From positions 14,592,001 to 14,656,000 of the forward strand of contig CP086569.2 of assembly GCA_009914755.4 (NCBI GenBank): a DNA stretch of 64,000 nt. The letters run 5' to 3'. A program made the translations under genes and the position numbers. Within the stretch, counting starts at the first letter, position 1, and every line of letters starts with the position of its first letter. Under the pieces are notes generated by a model. The model saw only the letters and a program-made list of their open reading frames with translations. It had not been told where the DNA came from and did not search any database. Origin of the DNA: the human T2T-CHM13v2.0 reference genome, Homo sapiens. Below are positions 17,509-28,920 of the stretch, piece after piece.

Positions 17509-17514
17509 TATAAA
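17509..17514 (+). promoter_or_regulatory. TMSB4Y: TATA box (ctataaagtag) of the candidate TMSB4Y core promoter
   Basis: tataaa at 17509-17514 inside the CpG island. About 85 nt downstream is a consensus splice donor, ggcttag|gtaagc (exon end 17597, intron from 17598). Confidence 0.4.
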
Positions 17515-17539
17515 GTAGCGCCTGCCCATCCCGTCCTGG

Positions 17540-17597
17540 CAACTCCGCGGTGGACACTGTGTAGACTAGATTTCACTCCCTTACGCGCCTGGCTTAG
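17540..17597 (+). other. TMSB4Y: Candidate non-coding exon 1 (5'UTR) of TMSB4Y; boundaries inferred, not verified
   Basis: The TSS is expected ~25-30 nt after the TATA box (~17540). The donor gtaagc begins at 17598. The thymosin beta-4 gene family is known to have a non-coding first exon. An alternative first exon elsewhere in the CpG island cannot be excluded. Confidence 0.3.
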
Positions 17598-17864
17598 GTA
17601 AGCCCCAGGGCCCCTGCATCCTTACTCCTTCTACCCTCCCCTTCATGCCGCGCTTGCCCCTTCATTATTCGCGTCCCTGTGAAGACATCCCCTAAAGCCA
17701 AGCCGAGTGATTATCCCCGGGAAAGCTGCCTTGGGGAGGTGGGGATGCGAAACACCCTAGATGCTGGGTAATGCGGTGGGGAAATCGATGATTTAAGAAC
17801 AAAGCAAATAAACCGGCGTTTATGTACTGCCGCTCGGAGGGTTCGTGTTAAAATTTCTTAGTGT

Positions 17865-18160
<296 letters not shown>

Positions 18161-18773
18161 TCAAAGGTATTGTGCGTTGTCTTGGAGGCTGAGATGTGGG
18201 AACAGACAGATCCTTTGTTCTGAGGCTCACTCATCTCCCGAGCCCCGAGCCGTCTCCCAGCCTCAGACGGCTCTGCGGGCTGCATCTGTGCAGCCTGGCA
18301 GCGGCGGCGCTGCGCTGTGACATTTTCACAGCCCTTCTTGCAGAGGCATGTGTGCTAGGGATGCCGAAATGCCGAGAGCGCCGGCAGGACTAGCTTCCGG
18401 GCCGCGCTTTGTGTGCTGGGCTGCAGTGTGGCGCGGGCGAGGAAGCTGGTAGGGCGGTTGTCGCAAGCTCCAGCTGCAGCCTCCGCCTACGTGAGAAGAC
18501 TAGAAAGCGGGCGCAGGACCAGGCCTGCGTTGTTTGCAGAGAGGCCGTGGCTACAAAATGGAAGTGCTTTTGCGACCTGGGCTCCATTTTAGGAATTCTT
18601 GCCCGATTTTAACCACTTGAACGCGGAAGTGGCTTTCCTATTCTCTTCCAAGCCAGCCTTTAATTTTAAACGCTGTAATTAACAGTTCACAGGGGTCAAA
18701 TTCCTTTATTCCGGAACATTCCACTTTGAGAGGGATCTGTCCTCTTTGGTCCCCTGCGTTTTCAAATATTTGA

Positions 18774-19514
<741 letters not shown>

Positions 19515-19740
19515 ATAGGGCGATCCTTAAGGGGGAAGGTTGCATGAACACAGGGTTCATTAATTTAATAATGCAATATTTAATGCGCTATAATAATATA
19601 CAAACACATTTATCACTGAAAATGTACGGCTATTTAATATACTCAATATACATTTTTTATTTGATTATGACATGCCTAGCTAGGTACACTTGCAGAACGT
19701 TTAGGATATGACAAGATGTTGCAAATGAAAGCCCCTTAAT

Positions 19741-19816
19741 TCCATATTAGGCTGTACTGAAACCCCTTAATCATCCCATCCATATTAGGCTGTACTGAAA
19801 CCCCTTAATCATCCCA
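19741..19816 (+). repeat. Perfect 38-bp tandem duplication (tccatattaggctgtactgaaaccccttaatcatccca, two copies) ending 38 nt upstream of the exon-3 acceptor
   Basis: 19741-19778 and 19779-19816 are identical. A partial third ccccttaat lies just 5' at 19732-19740. Confidence 0.95.
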
Positions 19817-19854
19817 CTCCATCTTTTTCCTTTTCTGTTTTTTTCTGGTCGCAG

Positions 19855-19889
19855 CTATCGAACAGGAGAGGCAAGCAGGCGAATCTTAA
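19855..19889 (+). CDS. TMSB4Y: Thymosin beta-4, Y-linked: last coding exon (completes codon 34 through S44, plus taa)
   Basis: The acceptor …tttttttctggtcgcag|ctatcgaacaggagaggcaagcaggcgaatcttaa gives (T)IEQERQAGES*. Joined to the upstream exon, this yields the 44-aa beta-thymosin with an intact LKKTET actin-binding motif. Confidence 0.88.
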
Positions 19890-20425
19890 ACAGGCATGTG
19901 CCACCAATATCTACTGTACATTCTACAAGCATTGCTTTCTTATTTTACTTCTTTTACTTGTTTAACTTGGTTAGATGCAAACACGTTGGATGAGTTTGAA
20001 AGGACTATGCTGCCCTTTTGACATCAAAGACCTGCTGACAATGGAGGCCACGCCTGCTTCTCCCATCGCCTGTCTGGCTGGCAGGGAAGGAAAATAGCTT
20101 GAATGTTGGTGAAAGACTTAGCGGAGTGGGAGGGCAGTGAAATCTAGAGTAAAACCAAGTTGGGCCAAGTGTCCTGCAGAATCTAAAATGAAGTTTAATC
20201 AGCGTGCCATTTTTGTTGTTGTTTGAAAGATTTTAATTTTTGGAATGCACAGTTTTTATTTAAAAAAGACATTTTTAAACCACTGCTTGTGAGATTGCTT
20301 GTTGATTGGAAAGAGTGTTTTATTCACCATTTAAACGTTTGCAAAGTGGCGTGCCCCTTGGCCTCACAGGCAAAGAATAACTTAAAAGCTGACGATTTGA
20401 ATAAATTATGTTACAGTATGAAATA
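19890..20425 (+). other. TMSB4Y: TMSB4Y 3'UTR (3' end uncertain)
   Basis: The sequence after the stop (acaggcatgtgccaccaatatctactgtacattctacaagcattgctttcttattttacttc…gtgaaatctagagtaaaaccaagttgggccaagtgtcctgcag…) matches my recollection of the TMSB4X 3'UTR. The first canonical AATAAA is at 20400-20405, so the transcript may end near ~20425 or read further. Confidence 0.5.
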
Positions 20426-21161
20426 TGTTTTACCTGGATATGTAAAATACCTTCTTTATTCTAGCTAATTGGGAGATGATTTTTTTTGGCTAATTGAGAT
20501 TACCTTTAGATTATGTTTTCAAAACTGGCTTATACTGTAATCTACAACTAATAAGCACTAATTTAGAGTTCAGCTATATTGTTGCATGTAGTGAGAAGGG
20601 ACTTAATTACAAACTTAAGACGTAAGTGTGCAATAAAGTAAGCTAAGAAGAAAATATGCTTCTAAGACCTGTATTTACTTGGTTTATATTTTCCTTAGCT
20701 TTTTATGTAACGTTTTATCTGTGGTCACATTGACATGCTTGGGCTATCCCTACTCCTGGCTTCTGAGACCGGTGGGCAGGGTTCATGCATGCACTGTGCG
20801 CGTGCACTCTTCATTGTGGGCATGCACTGTGTACTCTTCCTTCTATTTCCCAAAGTGCCTCACATAGTAATGGACATACATGATGGCTTTAATATACACT
20901 TTGCCCCCGTAGTTGTTGGAGAGTTATTAAACATGCTTCTTTTGAGGTCCCTTTGAACACATGCATATCATGTGAAATAGTACAATATTAAATATATTTT
21001 TAAAATGTATTTACACAGGAATTTGCCACTGTTTTTGATTGTGCTGATTTGAATCAATACGTATAGTCAATTATATACTATTATATATTATTAGTCCAGA
21101 GCATTAGATCATTAGTTCATTCAGCCAGTATTTATTGAGTGCCTCCAACATGACAGGTATC

Positions 21162-21449
21162 TTTTTTTTGAGACGGAGTTTTGCTCTGTCGCTTGGGCTA
21201 GAGTCTAGTGATGCGATCTCGGCTCACTGCAACCTCCGCCTCCCGGTTCAAGCAATTCTCCTGCTTCAGCCTCCTGAGTAACTGGGATTACAGGCTGCAC
21301 CACCATGCTGGGCTAATTTTTGTATTTTTAGTAGAGAGAGGGTTTCACCACCTTGGCTAGACTGGTCTTGAACTCCTGACCTCAGGTGATCCACCTGCCT
21401 TGGCCACCCAAAGTGCTGGGATTACAGGCCTGAGCCACTTTGCCTGGCC
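21162..21449 (-). mobile_element. Alu
   Basis: ttttttttgagacggagttttgctctgtcgc…ctgggattacaggcctgagccactttgcctggcc. Confidence 0.9.
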
Positions 21450-21589
21450 CATGCCAGCTATTTTTATATGCCATAAGAAATACAGCCTTAACTAAAAAGA
21501 TAGTATCTTACATTGTGTTTCCTTCATCAGCTAGAAGATGTCCTTTTCCTCTAAATCTGATTATGAACGTTTTTATATTTATTTTAGTT

Positions 21590-21885
21590 ATTTATTTTTG
21601 TGAGATGGAGTCTTGCTCTGTCACCCAGGCTGGAGTGCAGTGGTGCGATCTTGGCTCATTCCAAGCTCCGTCTACCTGTTCAAACTATTCTCTTGCTTCA
21701 GCCTCCTGCATAGCTGGGACTACAGGCGCTCAACCACGAAGCACAGCTAATTTTTGTATTTTTAGTAGAGATGGTATTTCTCCATGTTGGCCAGGCTGGT
21801 CTCGAACTCTTGACCTCAGGTGATCCACCCGCCTTGGCCTCCCAAAGTGCTGGGATTACAGGCTTGAGTCACTGCACCCAGCTGA
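21590..21885 (-). mobile_element. Alu
   Basis: tttatttttgtgagatggagtcttgctctgtcacccaggctggagtgcagtgg…gggattacaggcttgagtcactgcacccagctg. Confidence 0.9.
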
Positions 21886-22479
21886 ATGTTTTTATAAAGG
21901 TATCTAAAATTATTATATCCAGATTTCTCCAAAGCTCAATGGTCAATGAATTCTGATGGAAACCAACTGATGACTTGCATTGCAGTAAAATATTTTATGA
22001 GCATACACAAATTGGACATTATAACTGTTGTCTGATATCTTCCAAGAATTCTGAGGAATGCTCCAGATCTAGAAGTGAGTGGAATGGATGGATGCCATTT
22101 TAAAATCTTTTACTAAGACTTTGTTATGTAGATGTTGTATTTTTTGAAGAACACTTTCCTGGTAAATTCTTGCCATTCTTGTGTTAGTCTTGTGGGATTG
22201 TTGTGGGCAAAAACAGTAGCTCACATGTTAAAGTCCTTCAAAGAACTTAGAAAAATAATAAAACCACGTGGATAATTTGGTCACTTTTTTGTAGGATTTT
22301 ACAATTTTGAACCTTGGCTAGAGGAGCAAGTTATGGTTGTGATCCACTGAAGGCATTAGAGCTATTCCTGTCACATTATTATCAAACAGGAAATTATGTC
22401 TTTCTTCATTACCATATTGAGCTTTTAAGTTGCTGATATCCTTTAGCTACATGAACACCTCATGATAATGTCCCAATTT

Positions 22480-22680
22480 AGAAATAAAAATATTTCATGA
22501 AAATATAATATTTATAATAGTTAATATAATATACAGTATGTAATATATATTATAGTTCTTATAATGTTTACATATATAATATTAAGTTATTAGTATATCA
22601 TGTAATTCATTATTAATTAATATTATACTTAATTATTCCAATATACTATGCATATAGCACTATCTGGTGATTTTAACCTA
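22480..22680. repeat. AT-rich low-complexity block (degenerate (TA)n/(TAATA)n)
   Basis: aatataatatttataatagttaatataatatacagtatgtaatatatattatag…. Confidence 0.8.
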
Positions 22681-24103
22681 AAATAATGACTTCGTTAGAG
22701 GATGGAAAAAGTCACTATTTACTCAAGAAACATTAAGCACATACTGTGTGCCTTGCTGTTTTCCAGTTGCCATGAATAGAAAGATGAACAAGACTTGAGC
22801 CTAGTCTTGGTCTAGTCAGAAAGACAGACCTGTGTATGTGAATAACTATGCACAGCATGAATCATGTATCTGCTCATTACCCAACAACTATACATTGAGT
22901 TTCTGTTTTGTAAGATGTTGGGCAGGGAGATAAATGAGAACTATACTGTGAAGGGTATGTCCCTGGCTAAGAAATTTGAAAGTTATTCTTAGGTAATTGG
23001 AAGATAACAAAAGTAAAATCCTTTCATCCACATGAGGCAGCTGGTATACTATTTCTGTTTAAAAATGAGTTTACAAGAAAGGAGGGCAAGGAAGAAACTA
23101 TCCATATTTGTCATTAAACAAGCAGATTAGTACCCTCTGTTATAATAACAATATGAGGTGGTAATACATCCTTTATTAGTATTTCTTAGTTCACATTTCA
23201 ATAAGACAGGCTGTAACACATACACAGTATACTTTTCATGGCCATTGCTATCAGTTTTAATAGAGATGTGGAAATAACACCTATAAACACCTCAGAAATA
23301 ACATCAGTGGTTTGAAACCAGTTGTATGTTTGCTATCATTATGGAGATAAATAACAGAAGAGTAAATAGATTTCAAATTACTAAATTATATATATTTTTG
23401 GCAGAATCATTGACGTATACAGTTTCTTAGACTATATCTGTACATTAAAAACTTAACAGCAACTGTATTGTCAATTTGAAATCAATATATCTTCTAGATG
23501 AGGCAAAATTTTCTGGTGGTTGAAGTCGTAAATTGGTGGGCAGGAACATTTTACTAAAAAGGTAGATTTGTAAAAGGAAGGGAAAATTAAAGTTTTGCAT
23601 ATTAATCAGAAAGTTGCTCCATGATATAAGAGGTGATACGGAAAATCTTATAGGATCCCTAAGTGAGTACACACAAAAGGTCAGGGATTGGAGATAACAT
23701 CGAAGGTTTGGACTCAGTTGTATGTTTGCTATGATTATGGAGATAAATAACATGGGTAACCATATAATAAAACACTTCTGGTAAAATAAATGTATACTCT
23801 AATAAAGGGAAGATATACTGTGAGGGCAAGTCCGAAAAGTTAGAAAAAATATTAATGGGTTAAAGAAGAATATAAACTGGATTATTTGAAGAAAGCATTG
23901 TAATGCAACCCTGAACTCATCATTTTAAGAATTATTGATAATTTAAACTAGGAATCCAAATTCTTACATGCAAACATAAATTCTTAAAGCATCATATAAG
24001 CCTAAGGTAATTCTCTAAAGTTCCATTAAGGTTCCTCTTTAGAAGTTCAGTGTTACAAAAGAGATGCATGAATACATTCAGGCATTAAGAACAAACATAT
24101 TTT

Positions 24104-24374
24104 CTGGGCATGGTGGCTCATGCCTATAATCCCAGCACTTCAGGAGGCTGAGTCGGACACATCACGAGATCTTGCCCATCCTGACCAACATGGTGAAACC
24201 CTGTCTCTACTAAAAATACAAGAACTAGCTGGTAGTGGTGGCACATGCCTGTAGTCCCAGCTACTCAGGAGGCTGAGGCAGGAGAGTCGCTTGAACCCAA
24301 GAGGTGGAGGTTGAAGTGAGCCGAGATTGCACTATTGCACACTCCAGCCTGGTAATGGAGCAAGACTCTGTCTC

Positions 24375-24403
<29 letters not shown>
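24104..24403 (+). mobile_element. Alu with (GAAAA)n-type tail
   Basis: ctgggcatggtggctcatgcctataatcccagcacttcaggaggctgag…tctcaaaaaagaaaagaaaagaaaagaaaaaag. Confidence 0.9.
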
Positions 24404-24405
<2 letters not shown>

Positions 24406-25214
24406 CAATCATATTGGCGTGTAGTGTATGGGCCTTCATCCTATTAGGACTTTTTTTCTGATATAGGTCATGAAGTTTCCTAACAGGAGGGTGGGATACC
24501 AGAGTGAATTCATTTAAGTCTTCAACCAGGTTTCAAAGAATTAATTCTTCAAATGAAAGAAAGAGGTAAATCCAAAGTTGAATCTAATTCACACATTTAG
24601 AACCATCTCCATAAAAAGTAACTCCACACTTTTGGCCATATTTCTTTGAAATAACTGTGGTTTATTTTGTTCCTGTTCCTCTCCTAGATACTGACATCTA
24701 GTAATGAGCAGAATCTAAGCATTTAGCTGTACCAATTTTGGTTCATTATCATCTTCTTTGCAGGCTAAGTATTTCCATTGAAGTTTGATTAGGGTGTGAG
24801 GGTGATTTTGGGCTTTGCATCATAGGACCAGCTGAATGATAACTGTGGAGGCCTGCACTTACCTAAGGAAAGAAGGATGAGGTAGACAAGGCAGCGTGGT
24901 AGCCAAATTAGACAAAGGGCTATCATTATAAAACTTACTGCCCCATCCCATTGTTATGACAATTTCAGCCATATCCAAAGCATAGGTTTCAAACAACAGG
25001 TCATGCTTCTTTACAATGTCAGGAAATCAGTTGGTTCTTGTCAGCATTAAAAACAAAAATACAATTAGTGCATGACAAGTAAAATAGAGGGTAAAAAACC
25101 CACAGAGAAAATAAATTTAATGAAATGTTTCTTCAAAAAGTTTTTAAAAATTGAAAAATCATTATCTGGATTGTCTAAGAAAAAATGGAAAACTAAAAAG
25201 AAAGCAGGACATTA

Positions 25215-26215
25215 CTACCAATTTTACAGAAAGCAAAGATTATAAAACAATACTGTGAACAATTATAGCCATACAAATTGGATGACCCAGAAGAAATAGA
25301 CAAATTCCTAGAAACATACAAGTTACCAAGAATAATTCATAAAGAAATAGAAACTCTGAATATACCTATAATTAGTAAGGAAATAAGAGTCAATAAACAA
25401 AAGCACATGCATGTGTGCATACATGGACACAAGTTTGGGAACAAAGGGATTCACTGACAAATTCTACCAAGTATTTAAAGTAATATTAACATCAATCCTT
25501 TTGAAATGCTTCCAAAAATTAAAAATTAAAAAAGGAACACTTTCAAATTCACATTATGAGGCTGTGACCCTTATACTAAGGCCAGACCAAGATACTATGA
25601 GAAAACTACAAGCCAATATTTTTGGTGAGGATTGTTGCAGAAACCCTCAACAAAATATTGGCAAATCAAATTTACTATCACATTAAATCCCAGCACAAAC
25701 AAGTAGGTTTTATTCTTGGACCAGAAGGATGGTTCAATATACCAAAAATTAATAGAGTGAAAAGAAAAAATTGTTCTTTTATGATTGTTTCAATTGATGC
25801 AGGAAAATGATTTTAAAGAATTTAGCACCCTTTCAGGACTAAAAAACAAACTAACTATAAATTTGGAACAAAAGAAAACTACCTCAACATAATGAATGTC
25901 ATATTTACAAATCCTGTAGCTAACATTATTCTCAATAATGCAAGACTGAAACCTTTTCTTTTAAGATAAACAACGAGACAAGGAATTCTGCTTTTGTCAC
26001 TTCTATTCAACAAAATATGAGTACTAGAATTTCTAGCTGGAGCAATTAGTCAAGAAAAGGAAATAAAAGTCATTCAAGTAAGAAATGAAGAAATGAGTAA
26101 AACTCTTTTTTCACAAACAACATAATCTTAAGGTAGAAATCCCTTTATAAAGATTCCACTCCCTAAAATGTCAGTAGTAAACAATTCATCAAAGTCACAG
26201 AATACAAAGTCAGTA
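25215..26215 (+). mobile_element. Ancient L1 (L1M-like) ORF2 segment
   Basis: …agaagaaatagacaaattcctagaaacatacaagttaccaag… / …ttggaccagaaggatggttcaatataccaaaaa… are collinear with L1 ORF2 but ~25-30% diverged. Confidence 0.7.
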
Positions 26216-26232
26216 TACACAATTAGTTTCTT

Positions 26233-26316
26233 CTGGGTGTGTGGTTCACACCTGTAATCTCAGCACTTTGGGAGGCAAGGGTGGGTGGATGGCTTGAGCT
26301 CAGCAGTTCAAGACCA
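26233..26316 (+). mobile_element. Alu, left part; the Alu is interrupted by a THE1 LTR insertion and resumes at 26683
   Basis: ctgggtgtgtggttcacacctgtaatctcagcactttgggaggcaagggtgggtggatggcttgagctcagcagttcaagaccat. Confidence 0.8.
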
Positions 26317-26322
26317 TTTTGC

Positions 26323-26682
26323 ATGATATGGCTTGGCTCTGTGTCTCCACCCAAATTTCATCTCAATTTGTAATCCCCGTGTATCAAGAGAGGAAGGCGA
26401 TTGGATCATTGGGGTGGTTTCTCTCATGCTGCTTTTGTGATAGTGATGAGTTCTCAAAAGATCTGATTTTTTTTTATAAGTGTCTGACATTTCCCCTGTT
26501 TGCATACTTCCTCCTGCCACCATATGAAAAAGGTCCTTGCTTCCCCTTTGCCTTCTGCCATGATTGTAAGTTTACTGAGGTCTCCCTAGCCATGTGGAAC
26601 TATGAGTCAATTAAACCTTTTTGCTTAATAAATTACCCTGTCTCGGGTGTTCTTTATAGCAGTATGAAAATGGACTAATACG
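26323..26682 (+). mobile_element. THE1/MST-type MaLR solo LTR (~360 bp) nested inside an Alu
   Basis: tgatatggcttggctctgtgtctccacccaaatttcatctcaatttgtaatcc…gccatgattgtaagtttactgaggtctccctagccatgtggaactatgagtcaattaaacctttttgcttaataaattaccctgtctcgggtgttctttatagcagtatgaaaatggactaatac matches the THE1 LTR consensus end to end. Confidence 0.8.
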
Positions 26683-26905
26683 CTGGACCAAATGACAAAA
26701 TGCCATCTCTACAAATAATACAAAAAATTAGTTGGATGTGGTGATATGTGCCTGTGGTCCCAACTACCTGGAAGTCTGAGGTGAGAGGATCACTTGAGCC
26801 CAGGAGGCAGAGGCTGCAATGAGCCAAGGTAGAGCCACTGCACTCCAGCATGGGTGACACAGCAAGACTCTGTCTCCAAAAATATAATAATAATTATAAT
26901 AAAAG
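26683..26905 (+). mobile_element. Alu, right part (continuation of 26233-26316) plus A/T-rich tail
   Basis: gctggaccaaatgacaaaatgccatctctacaaataatacaaaaaattagttgg…gccactgcactccagcatgggtgacacagcaagactctgtctccaaaaatataataat. Confidence 0.8.
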
Positions 26906-26959
26906 ATAATAATGTTTTTGTATACTAACAATGAACAATCTTAGTAAGAAATTTTTAAA

Positions 26960-27780
26960 AAACAATGCCAGTTTAGCCAATAAGTAAATGAAAACTTGCT
27001 AAGCATCACTAATCATCAGAGAAATACAAATGAAAACCAACCACGATGATATATTAACTCATACCTGTTAGAATGCCTATCATTAAAAGAAAAATTGATA
27101 ATGCTAACTAGAATGTGAAGAAAAGACAATCCTTGCACACTGTTGGTGTGAATGGAAGTTAGTAGAGCAATTATGGAAGACAGCTTGGGAGTTCCTCAAA
27201 AACCGAAAATTGAACTATCACGTAGTCCAGCAATCCCACTACTAGGTATATGCCACACAGAAACAAATCCAGTACATCACAGAGATATCTTCACTCTTAA
27301 TATTCATTGCAGCATTATTCATAATAACCAAGATATAGAAACAACCTAGGTAACACTAGATAAATGTATAAAGAAAATGTGATTTACATATACAATGGAA
27401 TACAGTATGACAGTTCCTCAGAATAGTAAACATTAAGTTATGATATGGTCCAAGAATTTCACTTCTAAGCATACACACAAAATCATTGAAATCAGGGGCT
27501 TAAGCAGATATTTGTGCATGTATGTTCATAGCACCATTAACAGCAGCCAAAAGATGGAAGCCTAAATGTCCATCAATAGAGGAGTCGAAGAATTATGGCC
27601 TTTCCATTCAATGGAATATTGTTAGCCTTTAAAAAAATGCTGAAACATGGACAAACCTTCAGATATTATGCACTGTAAAATAGGCCAGTATGCAAAGACA
27701 CACATTATGTGATTCTATTTATACACATACACCAAGTTTCTTGCCTTGGTGTATTGGAAGAATTGGGTCACATGGGGGCT
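26960..27780 (+). mobile_element. Ancient L1 (L1M-like) distal ORF2 / 3' region, with an apparent internal ~200-bp duplication
   Basis: catcagagaaatacaaatgaaaaccaaccacgatgatatattaactcatacctgttagaatgcctatcattaaaag… ; …acaatggaatacagtatgacag… and …ttcaatggaatattgttagcc… both align to the same L1 segment. Confidence 0.65.
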
Positions 27781-28842
27781 TGGAGAATGAGTGCAAGGTT
27801 TTATTGCGTGGAGGTACCTCTCAGCAGATGGGGGAGCCAGAAAGGAAATGGTTTTCTCCTGTAGTCAGGCAGGTAGGGGTCCTGCGCTCTCCTCCCACTG
27901 CCCCAGCCAAATTGTGCATTGTTTTGCTTGTCCGTGGCTGCTAGCCCTGCCAGTGCCTGTTGGCGTGCTCTTCTGCAGTGTGGTGTGGGCGATAGCCGCT
28001 GGTGTCTTTTTCTGCTGCTGTTTTTCTCTTGAGGTACAGCTCCTTCTGCCTCTTCCTTGCTAGTTTCTCCGGTATTTATAGGTCCAGGATGGGGGCGTGG
28101 CAGGCCAGGGTGGTCTTGCAAAATGCAACATTTGGGCGGGAAGGCAGAAATGCCTGTACTCACCTAGTTCCATGGGGATGGAGCCTTATCCAGGGCCCAT
28201 ACACTCCTCTGTCCAGCACTTCCCTTCCCCTCTTCTGCATCATTTAAAGGAACCATGCTCTTATCAATCAATTCTATTGATAAACTAATATTGAAGAAGG
28301 CGTTGTTCATGTAGACAACATGGTACAAAACTGAGGACACAAAAAGCTTGTTTCTCAGAAACTCAAAGAAGAACATTGCTTGCTGAGGGCTACAATGAAG
28401 AAAAGTGAGCACAAAATGAGGCTTGGCAAGTAAATTAGGACAGATAACATAATTTTTAGTTTACTATTTTTAATGGGAACATATGAAGCAATTGCAAGGG
28501 CTTGTTAAGAAAAAAGTTTGATGGGATTTATGTGTTTTTGCAGGACTCTGTGGTCAGCTAGGAGGACCAGAGATGAAAGCTAAAGGGGTCAGTTTGGTGG
28601 GGGGATAATGAAATAGGTTCTTAAATTGATGGTGGTGATGGAGGCACAACTCTGAAAATACTTAGAACCATTAAATTGTGCACTTGAATGGTCAAATTGT
28701 ATAGTATGTAAATTATATCTTGCTAACTGCTTTTTTAAAATAAAAAACCCAAACAAAATAAATCACTTAAAAGAAATATAATAAAAATTGTTAGATTTTT
28801 CTTTATGGTACATGTTGGTTAATCACACTTGTATTCAGTTCT

Positions 28843-28920
28843 GTACATGTGTGTTTGTGTGTGTGTGTGTCAGAGAGAGAGATACCTGGAGGAGAAGAAA
28901 AGGAAAGAGAGAGAAAGATA
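28843..28920. repeat. (TG)n-(GA)n compound simple repeat
   Basis: gtgtgtttgtgtgtgtgtgtgtcagagagagagata…gaaaaggaaagagagagaaagat. Confidence 0.9.
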
